A stretch of DNA of 64,000 nucleotides from a virus. Location of the stretch: the IMG/VR virus record IMGVR_UViG_3300047472_000449. The stretch is one strand, 5' to 3'. The notes beneath the pieces are model-generated. The model worked only from the letters and a program-made list of their open reading frames with translations. It had not been told where the DNA came from and did no database searches. Position numbers and translations under genes: made by a program. Shown one piece after another: positions 38,761 through 46,667 of this stretch (its first letter is position 1; each line of letters begins with the position of its first letter).

Positions 38761-39009
38761 ATGAACTTATGGCTTGTTGTGACGGTGTTAACAGCGGTTT
38801 TGAGGGCGACGAAAATCGAATCCATGGGAATGCGACACATCACGTGGTGCGTGGTTGCCCTGTGCCTTGCATTGTCCGTGGTGACTGCGGTTTTCGCATT
38901 GAACGCAGCCGGTCAGGCATTACTGATACCGGTGACCGTGGGGTTGGCGCTAACCTTGATGCTGATCGGCTACTTGGGCTATCTGTGCGGTGGTCTCAGC
39001 AGGCTCTAG
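38761..39009 (+). CDS. Small membrane protein (paralog of 40654)
   Basis: MNLW...LT...R..K.E..G...W; AAGGAG RBS. Confidence 0.7.
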   Translation: MNLWLVVTVLTAVLRATKIESMGMRHITWCVVALCLALSVVTAVFALNAAGQALLIPVTVGLALTLMLIGYLGYLCGGLSRL

Positions 39010-39034
39010 TGGCAGAGCCTGCAAGCGGCACGGA

Positions 39035-39361
39035 TTATTGACCGGCGTGATCGATGTAAAAGGTGATCGGTGAGTGGTCGCTATTGCGGTAGGCATCACA
39101 GATCTGCTTGAGTTGTTCGCCGGAAGGTCTGGAAATGACCGTGCCCAGTCGGTCAATGTCCTGCCAGTCGAACTGCTCCCTGAACCATTGCATCCAGAAC
39201 TCAGGCTCTTCTGCTTTACGACGCGCCAGCATCGAATCAGCTTCAGCATCATCAATGTCATGTTGTGTCTTAAGCAAAGCGCGAAAGTCCGACCAGATGG
39301 CGTCGGCAGTGATTTCAAACACGCTGCCGCAAGGCGATTTCAAACGAAGTTTTTCACTCAT
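39035..39361 (-). CDS. Hypothetical protein
   Basis: From MSEKLRLK; AGGAG RBS. Confidence 0.65.
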   Translation of the reverse strand: MSEKLRLKSPCGSVFEITADAIWSDFRALLKTQHDIDDAEADSMLARRKAEEPEFWMQWFREQFDWQDIDRLGTVISRPSGEQLKQICDAYRNSDHSPITFYIDHAGQ

Positions 39362-39624
39362 GAGGCTTTTTGCTCCTGATCGATATCCAGTAGGTAGGCG
39401 AATTCGCCGGGATAATGAATCGGGCTGAATTCCCATTTCCAGCCTTGCTCTCCAGAATCCTTGCCCCAAGCATTGAGGCGCAGCTTCACAGGCGGTTGAG
39501 TGCCCTGTTCCACTTCAATGGTCAGCGCATTAAACAGTCCGCAGTGCTCATCGCTGATGATGATACCTTGGCGCCCATCGTCATGACGCATGGCGGCGCC
39601 TTTAAGATTTTTTACGTCAGACAT
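39358..39624 (-). CDS. Hypothetical protein
   Basis: 88 aa; stop overlaps the next start. Confidence 0.6.
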   Translation of the reverse strand: MSDVKNLKGAAMRHDDGRQGIIISDEHCGLFNALTIEVEQGTQPPVKLRLNAWGKDSGEQGWKWEFSPIHYPGEFAYLLDIDQEQKAS

Positions 39625-39633
39625 ATTGATCCC

Positions 39634-40482
39634 TCACTGTTTGCTGGCGGGAATAATGATGGTGGTGGTGTCGCCTTCCAGGGTTGCTGCCAGATCAGCC
39701 GCTGCCTTGTAGCCAGTGGTGACATAAGCACGATCATCCTTACCTTCACGGCGCACCAGCACCACATGAGGCTCACTGTCGAACTGGTGTCGCAGGGCTA
39801 GACCAAACATGTCTGCGAATATGTCGGCTTTTGCCTCACCAAACTCATCTGCAAAAAACTGGAAAACCAACTCGCGAAAACTGGCGCCATTACTGAAGTC
39901 ACCGGTGAAATTGGGCTCCAGGGTAAATGGATCAAGGGACGGTGAGTCAGTCATGGTTTGAAAGTGGTTGGCAAAATAGTCGCTGACCGCTTGGTGGTTG
40001 GCTGTACTTTCGCCAGACCAGCGTTTTTGCAAAGCTACGGCAATGTCAAAAAGTGAAACCCGCGCCGCGAAACCAGTAACTGGGGGGTTGAAGCTGTAGT
40101 AATCCCGACGAGCATGCCCCGGTGGCCCAAAGGGTTCGGGCTCGGAAGCCATGGCTTTATCCAGCTGCTCAAAATACTGAGTGGTGTATTTGGCCGCATT
40201 GTTGAAGATGAACACGTCACCTTCGGCGTTCGCTTGAATGTAACCCTCGACCAGTTGGAAGGGCGAGAGGTTGCCGTTCTTCGCCAGCCAATTCCCGGCC
40301 CTGGGGCGCAGCATTTTTTCATCCACTTGTGGGTATCGAGCCGAAACACGGTGATCATCGATGTAATCACATACCTTTTGCTGGTCGCCTTCAAAGAACA
40401 GATTGAGCAGGTTTTCAAGACTTGGAACCGGGTCGCTGCCAAGAACCTTCACCATCGGTTGGTGAGTGTAATAAGGGTGCAT
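39634..40482 (-). CDS. Hypothetical protein, two-domain member of the 33081 family
   Basis: Start MHPYYT (AAGGAG RBS); perfect promoter at 40520-40548. Confidence 0.75.
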   Translation of the reverse strand: MHPYYTHQPMVKVLGSDPVPSLENLLNLFFEGDQQKVCDYIDDHRVSARYPQVDEKMLRPRAGNWLAKNGNLSPFQLVEGYIQANAEGDVFIFNNAAKYTTQYFEQLDKAMASEPEPFGPPGHARRDYYSFNPPVTGFAARVSLFDIAVALQKRWSGESTANHQAVSDYFANHFQTMTDSPSLDPFTLEPNFTGDFSNGASFRELVFQFFADEFGEAKADIFADMFGLALRHQFDSEPHVVLVRREGKDDRAYVTTGYKAAADLAATLEGDTTTIIIPASKQ

Positions 40483-40653
40483 GAAAACTCCTTTCATCGA
40501 CATCGACTGGTATCGTTGAATTATACCCACCAGCCACGTATTTGTCAATATGAATGACTGCACCACCCAAGAATTTGACCATTTAATAATGTGTAGTGTG
40601 ACGAAAGATCGGCATTGTCCGTCTACTGATAAACATGACAAAAAGGGATTTAC

Positions 40654-40899
40654 ATGAATCTTTGGTTTTGGGCAGCTGTTCTGACGACAATTTTTCGCGT
40701 TTTTAAACTTGAGCCCCTTGGGATCAAAGGGCTGTCGTGGCTGGTGATCGCTTTTTGCTTGATCCTGGCCGGTGTCACCGCCCTCTTCTCTTTTGGCATT
40801 CTGGGTCAGATCCTGCTGGTGCCGGTATTTATCGGTCTGATCTACGCGTTGTTTGCAGCGGGCATGATGTTTCGTCTTTTTGGCCGAAACCGCTATTAA
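40654..40899 (+). CDS. Small membrane protein (paralog of 38761)
   Basis: 81 aa, hydrophobic. Confidence 0.7.
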   Translation: MNLWFWAAVLTTIFRVFKLEPLGIKGLSWLVIAFCLILAGVTALFSFGILGQILLVPVFIGLIYALFAAGMMFRLFGRNRY

Positions 40900-40900
40900 C

Positions 40901-41422
40901 TCAGGGGAATTCGCGAGCTACCTGATGAATTATTGCTTGTGGTTCATCGGCCTTGTACTTCTCCAGAAAGTAATCCCGGAAGTTTTCTGCATTTTTCTCC
41001 CCAATAATCAGGTGCGCCGTGGTGGTCATGACCATTGAGCGTACATTGACGATGTACGGCTCCCAGTCCATTGCGTTCCTGATCGCCTGTTCGTATGCCT
41101 GACGATAGCTGTCAGGGTATTCATGCTTGGTTCTGTACACAGCCTGGATGATCTCTCTGAGGCTGTTTTTACCGTGTTTTTTTACTTCAAGGACATTGGG
41201 CCGCAGATCAAACGGATCGTCCATAGGGCGAGCCCGTAGAAGCCGCTGGTGTTGCTCCAGATAGTCTTTGACGGCGCTGTTCACAAACTCGGCTTTGACG
41301 CGACCGCTGAAAAACACCAACACCATTTTCTTGATGGAGTTTTCGGGGATTGGATGCTTCTTGAACAGGGGTTCATGGGTGTAAAAATCACACAAGGATT
41401 CCCAAGCTTCAATTTTGCTCAT
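40901..41422 (-). CDS. Hypothetical protein, single-domain member of the 33081 family
   Basis: FYTHEP...AVKDYLEQH...DPFDLRP...SLREII. Confidence 0.7.
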   Translation of the reverse strand: MSKIEAWESLCDFYTHEPLFKKHPIPENSIKKMVLVFFSGRVKAEFVNSAVKDYLEQHQRLLRARPMDDPFDLRPNVLEVKKHGKNSLREIIQAVYRTKHEYPDSYRQAYEQAIRNAMDWEPYIVNVRSMVMTTTAHLIIGEKNAENFRDYFLEKYKADEPQAIIHQVAREFP

Positions 41423-41486
41423 GATGATTAATTACTCTTTGTTTATCCTATTTTTAGCAAGGCTGGTGAGCTTTGCTTTTTGTTCA

Positions 41487-41876
41487 TCACTTAGAATTCT
41501 GGCCTGATTTATCAGCAACGCCGATGAGCTTTGCCTTTTGTTCAGCTGTCAAAAGTTTTAATAGTTGCTTATCACTGGAAAAAACTTTCGCTACATTGTC
41601 TTTCTCAGAATCATGCTCAGCTTTTGACACCAAGATGGACATACAATCAAGCCGTGGCGTTCCGCCATCCAAGCATTCTATCAGCGGGGTAAGCACTTTT
41701 TTGTTTAATTCAGATTGCTGGCTTGCCTTCTCAATATCCTTATCAATAGCAATGTTGTTGGTAAGATTAAAGACAGCCAAACACCCTGTTAGGATGAGCA
41801 AGGCCATCGAGAATGTCATTATTAAATCATGATTTATAAATCCATTAGACCGGCTCTTAACGTGCATATGTAGCAT
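41487..41876 (-). CDS. Membrane-anchored or exported hypothetical protein
   Basis: N-terminal hydrophobic helix; start uncertain. Confidence 0.55.
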   Translation of the reverse strand: MLHMHVKSRSNGFINHDLIMTFSMALLILTGCLAVFNLTNNIAIDKDIEKASQQSELNKKVLTPLIECLDGGTPRLDCMSILVSKAEHDSEKDNVAKVFSSDKQLLKLLTAEQKAKLIGVADKSGQNSK

Positions 41877-42083
41877 CCTAAAAATAAAACAATGATCACA
41901 TATGCGCGCAACTAATGCGACAATAATTTAGTGGAATTCACAGTCTTGAATTACTTTGAATAGATTCCTAACGCCCCCTCTTCGAGGGAATAAGCCAGCC
42001 GGTGCTTGCGCCTCTTCCCCGCACCTGTGAACGAAAAAAGGAGAGCCGTAGCTCTCCTATTATCCGATCACACTGGTGAGTGG

Positions 42084-42608
42084 TTAGAGCACTGGCAGAA
42101 TGTCTTCAATGGCTTTGATGCGAACCGCAGGAGGGGCTTTTCCAGCTGCATCGGTCTTGCTGAAGCAGGCCGCGACTTCCAGGGCTTCGCCTTGGCCGGT
42201 CACGAGGTACATCCGCTCAGCATCGCCCTCACCCACGATCACCGCATAACGACGATTGTCGATCAGCGCTGCGCCCCAGAGCTTGAAATACTCCTCGGCG
42301 AGTTCGGCGGTTTCTTCCGGACTGAAGAACTTCGCGTACATCTTGGCAACCAGCTCACGCAACGAGGGATCTCTGCCCGACTCGACCTTGCCGACTTGAG
42401 GTTGCAGCAACAGCGGGTCGGTGGTCGGATCGCTGAGCATTTCCATTGTGTGCTGGGCGATGTACTGGTCACGCAGCTTTTCAGCCTCGGGAGCGTCAAA
42501 ATGCTCGGCGTAATAACGGTAAATCACACTGGCCAATGACTGCTCGGAGGTGTTGAACCGGGCAAATTGAGGCTCGATGGTAAAGAATGGTGCGACGGCT
42601 TGCGACAT
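42084..42608 (-). CDS. Hypothetical protein, single-domain member of the 33081 family
   Basis: FFTIEP...DQYIAQH...DPLLLQP...SLRELV. Confidence 0.7.
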   Translation of the reverse strand: MSQAVAPFFTIEPQFARFNTSEQSLASVIYRYYAEHFDAPEAEKLRDQYIAQHTMEMLSDPTTDPLLLQPQVGKVESGRDPSLRELVAKMYAKFFSPEETAELAEEYFKLWGAALIDNRRYAVIVGEGDAERMYLVTGQGEALEVAACFSKTDAAGKAPPAVRIKAIEDILPVL

Positions 42609-42622
42609 GGTGTTGATCCTTT

Positions 42623-42883
42623 TTACCGTTGGGCAGCAGCGACAGTTGAGGTTTTAGCATCGCTTGGCGGCGGGTACACGCCAAAACGGGTCAGCGACGG
42701 CATCAGGCGATGAGTGACCCAGCGTTGGTGGTCGCGACTCAGGTCATCAAAGCGACCTTCTTGCATGCACTTGTTGATGCGCTGAATGTCCAGCTCGCAA
42801 GGCTCTGCACCGTCGTAATGAGGCATTGGTGAGCCTGCAATGGCGCTGGCCACGTCAGGAGGCAGAAGAGGATTGTCGCGCAT
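42623..42883 (-). CDS. Hypothetical protein
   Basis: 86 aa; AGGA RBS. Confidence 0.55.
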   Translation of the reverse strand: MRDNPLLPPDVASAIAGSPMPHYDGAEPCELDIQRINKCMQEGRFDDLSRDHQRWVTHRLMPSLTRFGVYPPPSDAKTSTVAAAQR

Positions 42884-42948
42884 GCTGGATGTCCTGCGTC
42901 GTTGTGGTATTAGAGCAGGCCCGACAATAGGGCCTGCTTAACGGTGCG

Positions 42949-43290
42949 TTACTGGGCCTGGGTTTGCGCGGGTTCAGCTTCTGGCGCCAGCTCATCCTCA
43001 ATATCGACGTAGCCGATCCACAGGATTTCGTGAAGGGCGTCCCAGAAGTCTTTGCTGATGGCCAAGTCGCTGGCGCCACCTTCAATAAAGCCCTTCTGGC
43101 GCCAGTCGCTGAGAATGGTGCGTTCATCGGCGTTGATCTTGCGCGGGTCGATGTTCTGGCCGTTCATGATGAGCGACTGGATGTAAGGCATCAGACGCAG
43201 TTCACGTTGGGTGATTTCGTAACCCAGCAATACTCGGGTTTTGGCCTTAATGGCGTCAGTCAATTGTCCGCGTTTTGCCATGATCTTCAC
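42949..43290 (-). CDS. Phage-type hypothetical protein
   Basis: 113 aa; perfect promoter at 43320-43348. Confidence 0.7.
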   Translation of the reverse strand: MKIMAKRGQLTDAIKAKTRVLLGYEITQRELRLMPYIQSLIMNGQNIDPRKINADERTILSDWRQKGFIEGGASDLAISKDFWDALHEILWIGYVDIEDELAPEAEPAQTQAQ

Positions 43291-43387
43291 CTTTCCCAGT
43301 AAATTCTGAATATGGGTCTATTATAGCGCCGCAACCCGTGATTGTCAATCACAGAAACACTTCCTTGGGCTTTTCCTGCCCCAACAA

Positions 43388-43418
43388 AAAATCCCCGGTC
43401 ACAAGACCGGGGATTTTC
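43388..43418 (-). terminator. Terminator of the LRNR cluster
   Basis: AAAATCCCCGGTC-TTGT-GACCGGGGATTTTTT (minus-strand reading). Confidence 0.8.
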
Positions 43419-43433
43419 GACGCCGAGGCGGTA

Positions 43434-43871
43434 TTAGCGGTTGCGAAGATCAGCTTCCAGGTTTTTGGGCTTGGTCGCATCACTGGCGACTACGCCGCTG
43501 GCAGCATCGGTGGTAACTTTGCCGGACAGTGGGCGTGGAATGTCAGGGGTGCCAGGGGCTTTCACTTCGCCAGTCGGTGCCGGGCCGGTGGGAGTTGGCG
43601 CGGTTTTGCCGGATGCAGCGGCGGTGGCTGCGGACTTGGTTGGAGCAGCTTTCGCGGATGCGGCGGTTTTGACCGGTGCAGCTTTGGCGGTTGCGGCGGC
43701 TTTGGCTGGTGCAGCCTTGGTCGATGCGACTTTTTCGACCGGTGCAGCTTTGGCCGAAATAGCAGTTTCAACCGGTGCGACAGCGGTGGCTTTTTCTTGA
43801 GCCATGGCGTTCACCGACAGGCCGGACAGCGCTACGGCCATCGCGAGGATCAGGGAGTATCGTTGTTTCAT
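43434..43871 (-). CDS. Secreted LRNR peptide, copy C (145 aa; KAAP-rich linker)
   Basis: Signal peptide; ends ATKPKNLEADLRNR. Confidence 0.85.
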   Translation of the reverse strand: MKQRYSLILAMAVALSGLSVNAMAQEKATAVAPVETAISAKAAPVEKVASTKAAPAKAAATAKAAPVKTAASAKAAPTKSAATAAASGKTAPTPTGPAPTGEVKAPGTPDIPRPLSGKVTTDAASGVVASDATKPKNLEADLRNR

Positions 43872-43956
43872 GTATTTCTCCAGTCAGGTAATCAGGTTTT
43901 GTTGCCTTCGCCCCCGTTCAACGGGGGCGATCAGGCGGGTGGCCGAGGCGGCGGAA

Positions 43957-44175
43957 TTAACGGTTACGCAGTTCCCAGTCCAGGTTTTTCGGACGAGTCG
44001 AGCGAGGCGATTGCGATGGCGAGGTGCTGGTTGCTTTCGGGGTGGCATCAGTGGTCGCTTGCGACGCATCTTTTGCAGTTTGGACAGCGACCGGTTCTTT
44101 CGGTTGATCTGCGGCCACGGCGGCAACGGAGACAGCGGACAGCGACAGCGCCAGAACGAGTGCCAACTTTTTCAT
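43957..44175 (-). CDS. Secreted LRNR peptide, copy D (72 aa)
   Basis: Signal peptide; ends STRPKNLDWELRNR; promoter at 44217-44245. Confidence 0.85.
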   Translation of the reverse strand: MKKLALVLALSLSAVSVAAVAADQPKEPVAVQTAKDASQATTDATPKATSTSPSQSPRSTRPKNLDWELRNR

Positions 44176-44312
44176 GTGTATCTCCAGGGTCAGAACAGTT
44201 TTTTCTTTGATGGTTTATTATGATGCTTCTTTTACTATTTGTCAATAGCATTTACTGCTATTTGTCGCTTCGACCTGCTCACACTTTTGTGGGCAGGCCA
44301 AAGGCGATGGGA

Positions 44313-44471
44313 TTAGCGGTTACGCAGTTCCCAGTCCAGATTCGCCGGACGGGTCGCGGTGACCGAAGGGGATTTGGCGGTAACGCCAGCTTTCGGCTGA
44401 TCAGCGGCCATCGAGACAGCGGAAACGGCGGACAGCGACAGAGCCAGAACGAGTGCCAGAGTCGATTTCAT
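44313..44471 (-). CDS. Secreted LRNR peptide, copy E (52 aa; not in ORF track)
   Basis: Manual translation MKSTLALVLALSLSAVSAVSMAADQPKAGVTAKSPSVTATRPANLDWELRNR; GGAG RBS; promoter at 44514-44542. Confidence 0.85.
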   Translation of the reverse strand: MKSTLALVLALSLSAVSAVSMAADQPKAGVTAKSPSVTATRPANLDWELRNR

Positions 44472-44615
44472 GTGAATCTCCATTGCGTGACAGGATGTTT
44501 GCTTTGATGGTTTATTATGGCGATTCTTTTACTAATTGTCAATCTTATTTACATTTGTTTTTTGAGACATTGGCCCGCCTCACTCACTGGTGAGGCAGGC
44601 CAAAGGCCGTGGGGT

Positions 44616-44774
44616 TTAGCGGTTACGCAGTTCCCAGTCCAGGTTCGACGGGCGGGTCGCGGTGACCGAAGGGGACTTGGCGGTAGCGGTGGCCGAGGTT
44701 TTCACAGCTTCACCTGCCATCGCAACGGCGGACAGGGACATTGCCACAACAACAGCCAGTACGGTACGTTTCAT
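44616..44774 (-). CDS. Secreted LRNR peptide, copy F (52 aa; not in ORF track)
   Basis: Manual translation MKRTVLAVVVAMSLSAVAMAGEAVKTSATATAKSPSVTATRPSNLDWELRNR; perfect promoter at 44806-44834. Confidence 0.85.
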   Translation of the reverse strand: MKRTVLAVVVAMSLSAVAMAGEAVKTSATATAKSPSVTATRPSNLDWELRNR

Positions 44775-44920
44775 GTGAAGCTCCATTTGCTTGGTTTGTG
44801 GGGTTATTATAAGTATCTATACCATGATTGTCAATCATATTTTCATTATTATTTGAATATTTATCTACCCGCCACTAAAGCAATCCACGGCCACACGTCC
44901 ACCCGACTCCCCCATTGATT

Positions 44921-45718
44921 GAGGTAAGAAATTTGACCACAGGATTACGAGCGCAGCGATTTTTCGCGTCCTGGCGGTAGGGAGTTTGGCGGCAAATCAG
45001 CACTTTTAGTCGCTAAACGACCACTTTTTCAGCTAAACCCCGATGGTCAGTGGCGTCATCACGCAGGTAAGAAATTTCACCAAGATTCGACCATAAGCCA
45101 ATGTTTACAGGGGTTGTACGTGATAGGGGCGTATAGCAAGCCGGTCTAAATCTCCTGATTCATCTCACCCTGGGCGACCTTCATGGTGAGGATCGCCCCC
45201 CTGTAAATGGCATTATTCAGGTAGAAATGCCCAATAACTGCCAGAATATTAGCACTCAGCCATAGGCTTTGGCTTTTCATACAGCGCCAGCACCTGATCG
45301 ATCTCGGAAAACCATGCGTCCATTCGGCAGTAGTCTTTGGACTTGCGCATGTCCTTAACCAGCTCCACCAGCCGTGGATTGGCAGCGGTCAGGTACACAA
45401 CCTCAGTTTTGAGGTTGATAATGGTTTGTTCGTGTTTGTGGGTCAGGGCTCGCCATTTATTCTTCGCGTCGGCTTCCTCGGCAGTTTTCGCTTCATACAC
45501 TGCCTTGGCCTTCATCCAGACCTCAAGCTGATTCGTGAGAGCTTCAGTGCTTTCGGTTCGAATGCCCCGAGCCTTGGTCAGGTAGCATTGGTTGACGTGA
45601 CTCCATTGGGCGTAGGGCTTCGCCGGGTATACGGCTTCGAATTCCTCAAGGTCTTGTTCGGTCATCGGTGGCTCGCTTAAAGATTGAATTGCGTCGAATT
45701 CAGGTATGAAATTTCACC
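44921..45718. repeat. Three dispersed copies of AGGTA[AT]GAAATTT[CG]ACC
   Basis: 44921-44938, 45064-45081, 45701-45718; degenerate copy near 45219. Confidence 0.6.
45249..45665 (-). CDS. Hypothetical protein
   Basis: 138 aa ORF. Confidence 0.65.
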   Translation of the reverse strand: MTEQDLEEFEAVYPAKPYAQWSHVNQCYLTKARGIRTESTEALTNQLEVWMKAKAVYEAKTAEEADAKNKWRALTHKHEQTIINLKTEVVYLTAANPRLVELVKDMRKSKDYCRMDAWFSEIDQVLALYEKPKPMAEC

Positions 45719-45781
45719 CTGATTTGAAAAATAACTAACTCTCAGCGGCTACCCTTTCCAGCAGCCGCTGAGGATTGGGTG

Positions 45782-46549
45782 TCAGGCGGCGTCTGGCGTC
45801 CAGTTGACCGCCTTGTCGAAGTCCTCTTGACTCATTTGCACGCCGACCCGGCAAACGCGCAGAAAAGCGTTACGAGCTTCCTCGGCGGTGGCGTTCTCGA
45901 TCAAAGTTACGACGGTCTGCGCATTGCGAAAGGCATTGGTGCATTGGTCGTGAAGCTTGATGAACGCTTCGATTTCAGCGCTATCCGCCCCAGCCTTTTC
46001 CCACTCGTTCCAGCGCTGGCGCAGCAGTTGATTGATGGTGTGGTTGCCGCTGTCGCAAAAGGGCAGCAGTGACCAAGCTGGCAACCGAAAGCCGACATCG
46101 GCCTCTTCGGCAGGCACAAACATCATGCGCTGCTCCTTGCTGTCCAGCACCAAACGCTGACCGGCCAGCCATGTCGAGGATTCTTCGGTACTCATGCCTT
46201 CGAACAGCGGCAGACCCGCAAAGTCCCTTACCATCATCCAGGCCAGTGTTGCCATGCGGTTCTGCCCGTCCAGCAGCAGGCCCACAGCGCCACGATCACC
46301 CTCTTTAGGGCCTGTCAGCGGGCCGAGGCGTCCTTTCGAGACCTTGTTCAGATCCGCCTTGTTGCCCGGCTCCCACAGCACAAAGCCGCCGATAGGGAAA
46401 TTCGACAGAATTGAATCGCACAGACTTTCCACGTCGTCCTTGATCCAGACATAGGGCCGTTGCATGGCGGCAGGTTGCATGCGACCTGCCGCACAGTCTT
46501 CGATCATGCTGGACAGGTACGGCGTGCTCTGGCGAATTCGCATGGTCAA
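45782..46549 (-). CDS. Stand-alone DUF262 (GmrS-like, ParB/Srx-fold) protein
   Basis: QRPYVW...LCDSILSNFPIGGFVLWE...LLDGQNRMATL. Confidence 0.8.
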   Translation of the reverse strand: MTMRIRQSTPYLSSMIEDCAAGRMQPAAMQRPYVWIKDDVESLCDSILSNFPIGGFVLWEPGNKADLNKVSKGRLGPLTGPKEGDRGAVGLLLDGQNRMATLAWMMVRDFAGLPLFEGMSTEESSTWLAGQRLVLDSKEQRMMFVPAEEADVGFRLPAWSLLPFCDSGNHTINQLLRQRWNEWEKAGADSAEIEAFIKLHDQCTNAFRNAQTVVTLIENATAEEARNAFLRVCRVGVQMSQEDFDKAVNWTPDAA

Positions 46550-46584
46550 TTCCGAATAGATTCAAAGGAGTGTCAATGAGGGAA

Positions 46585-46624
46585 ATTATAGCCAGACTTA
46601 CCACCAAAGTCAATCACATTGACT
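46585..46624 (-). promoter_or_regulatory. Promoter with perfect 7-3-7 operator palindrome
   Basis: TTGACT-17-TATAAT; AGTCAAT-CAC-ATTGACT (46608-46624). Confidence 0.8.
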
Positions 46625-46667
46625 GGGCGCAATAAAGGGCTGATGGTGCTCATCAGCCCTCTGGCGC

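Noticed and set aside
43434-44774. CRISPR-like array from the recurring TTAGCGGTTACGCAGTTCCCAGTCCAG
   Set aside because: Spacing is irregular (about 300-520 bp), no cas genes are present, and each repeat is the 3' end of a gene with RBS and signal peptide; synonymous changes in copy B show protein-level constraint.
43338-44918. Plus-strand ORFs (43338, 43441, 43804, 44220, 44517) and 7184..7396
   Set aside because: Antisense shadows of the LRNR peptide genes.
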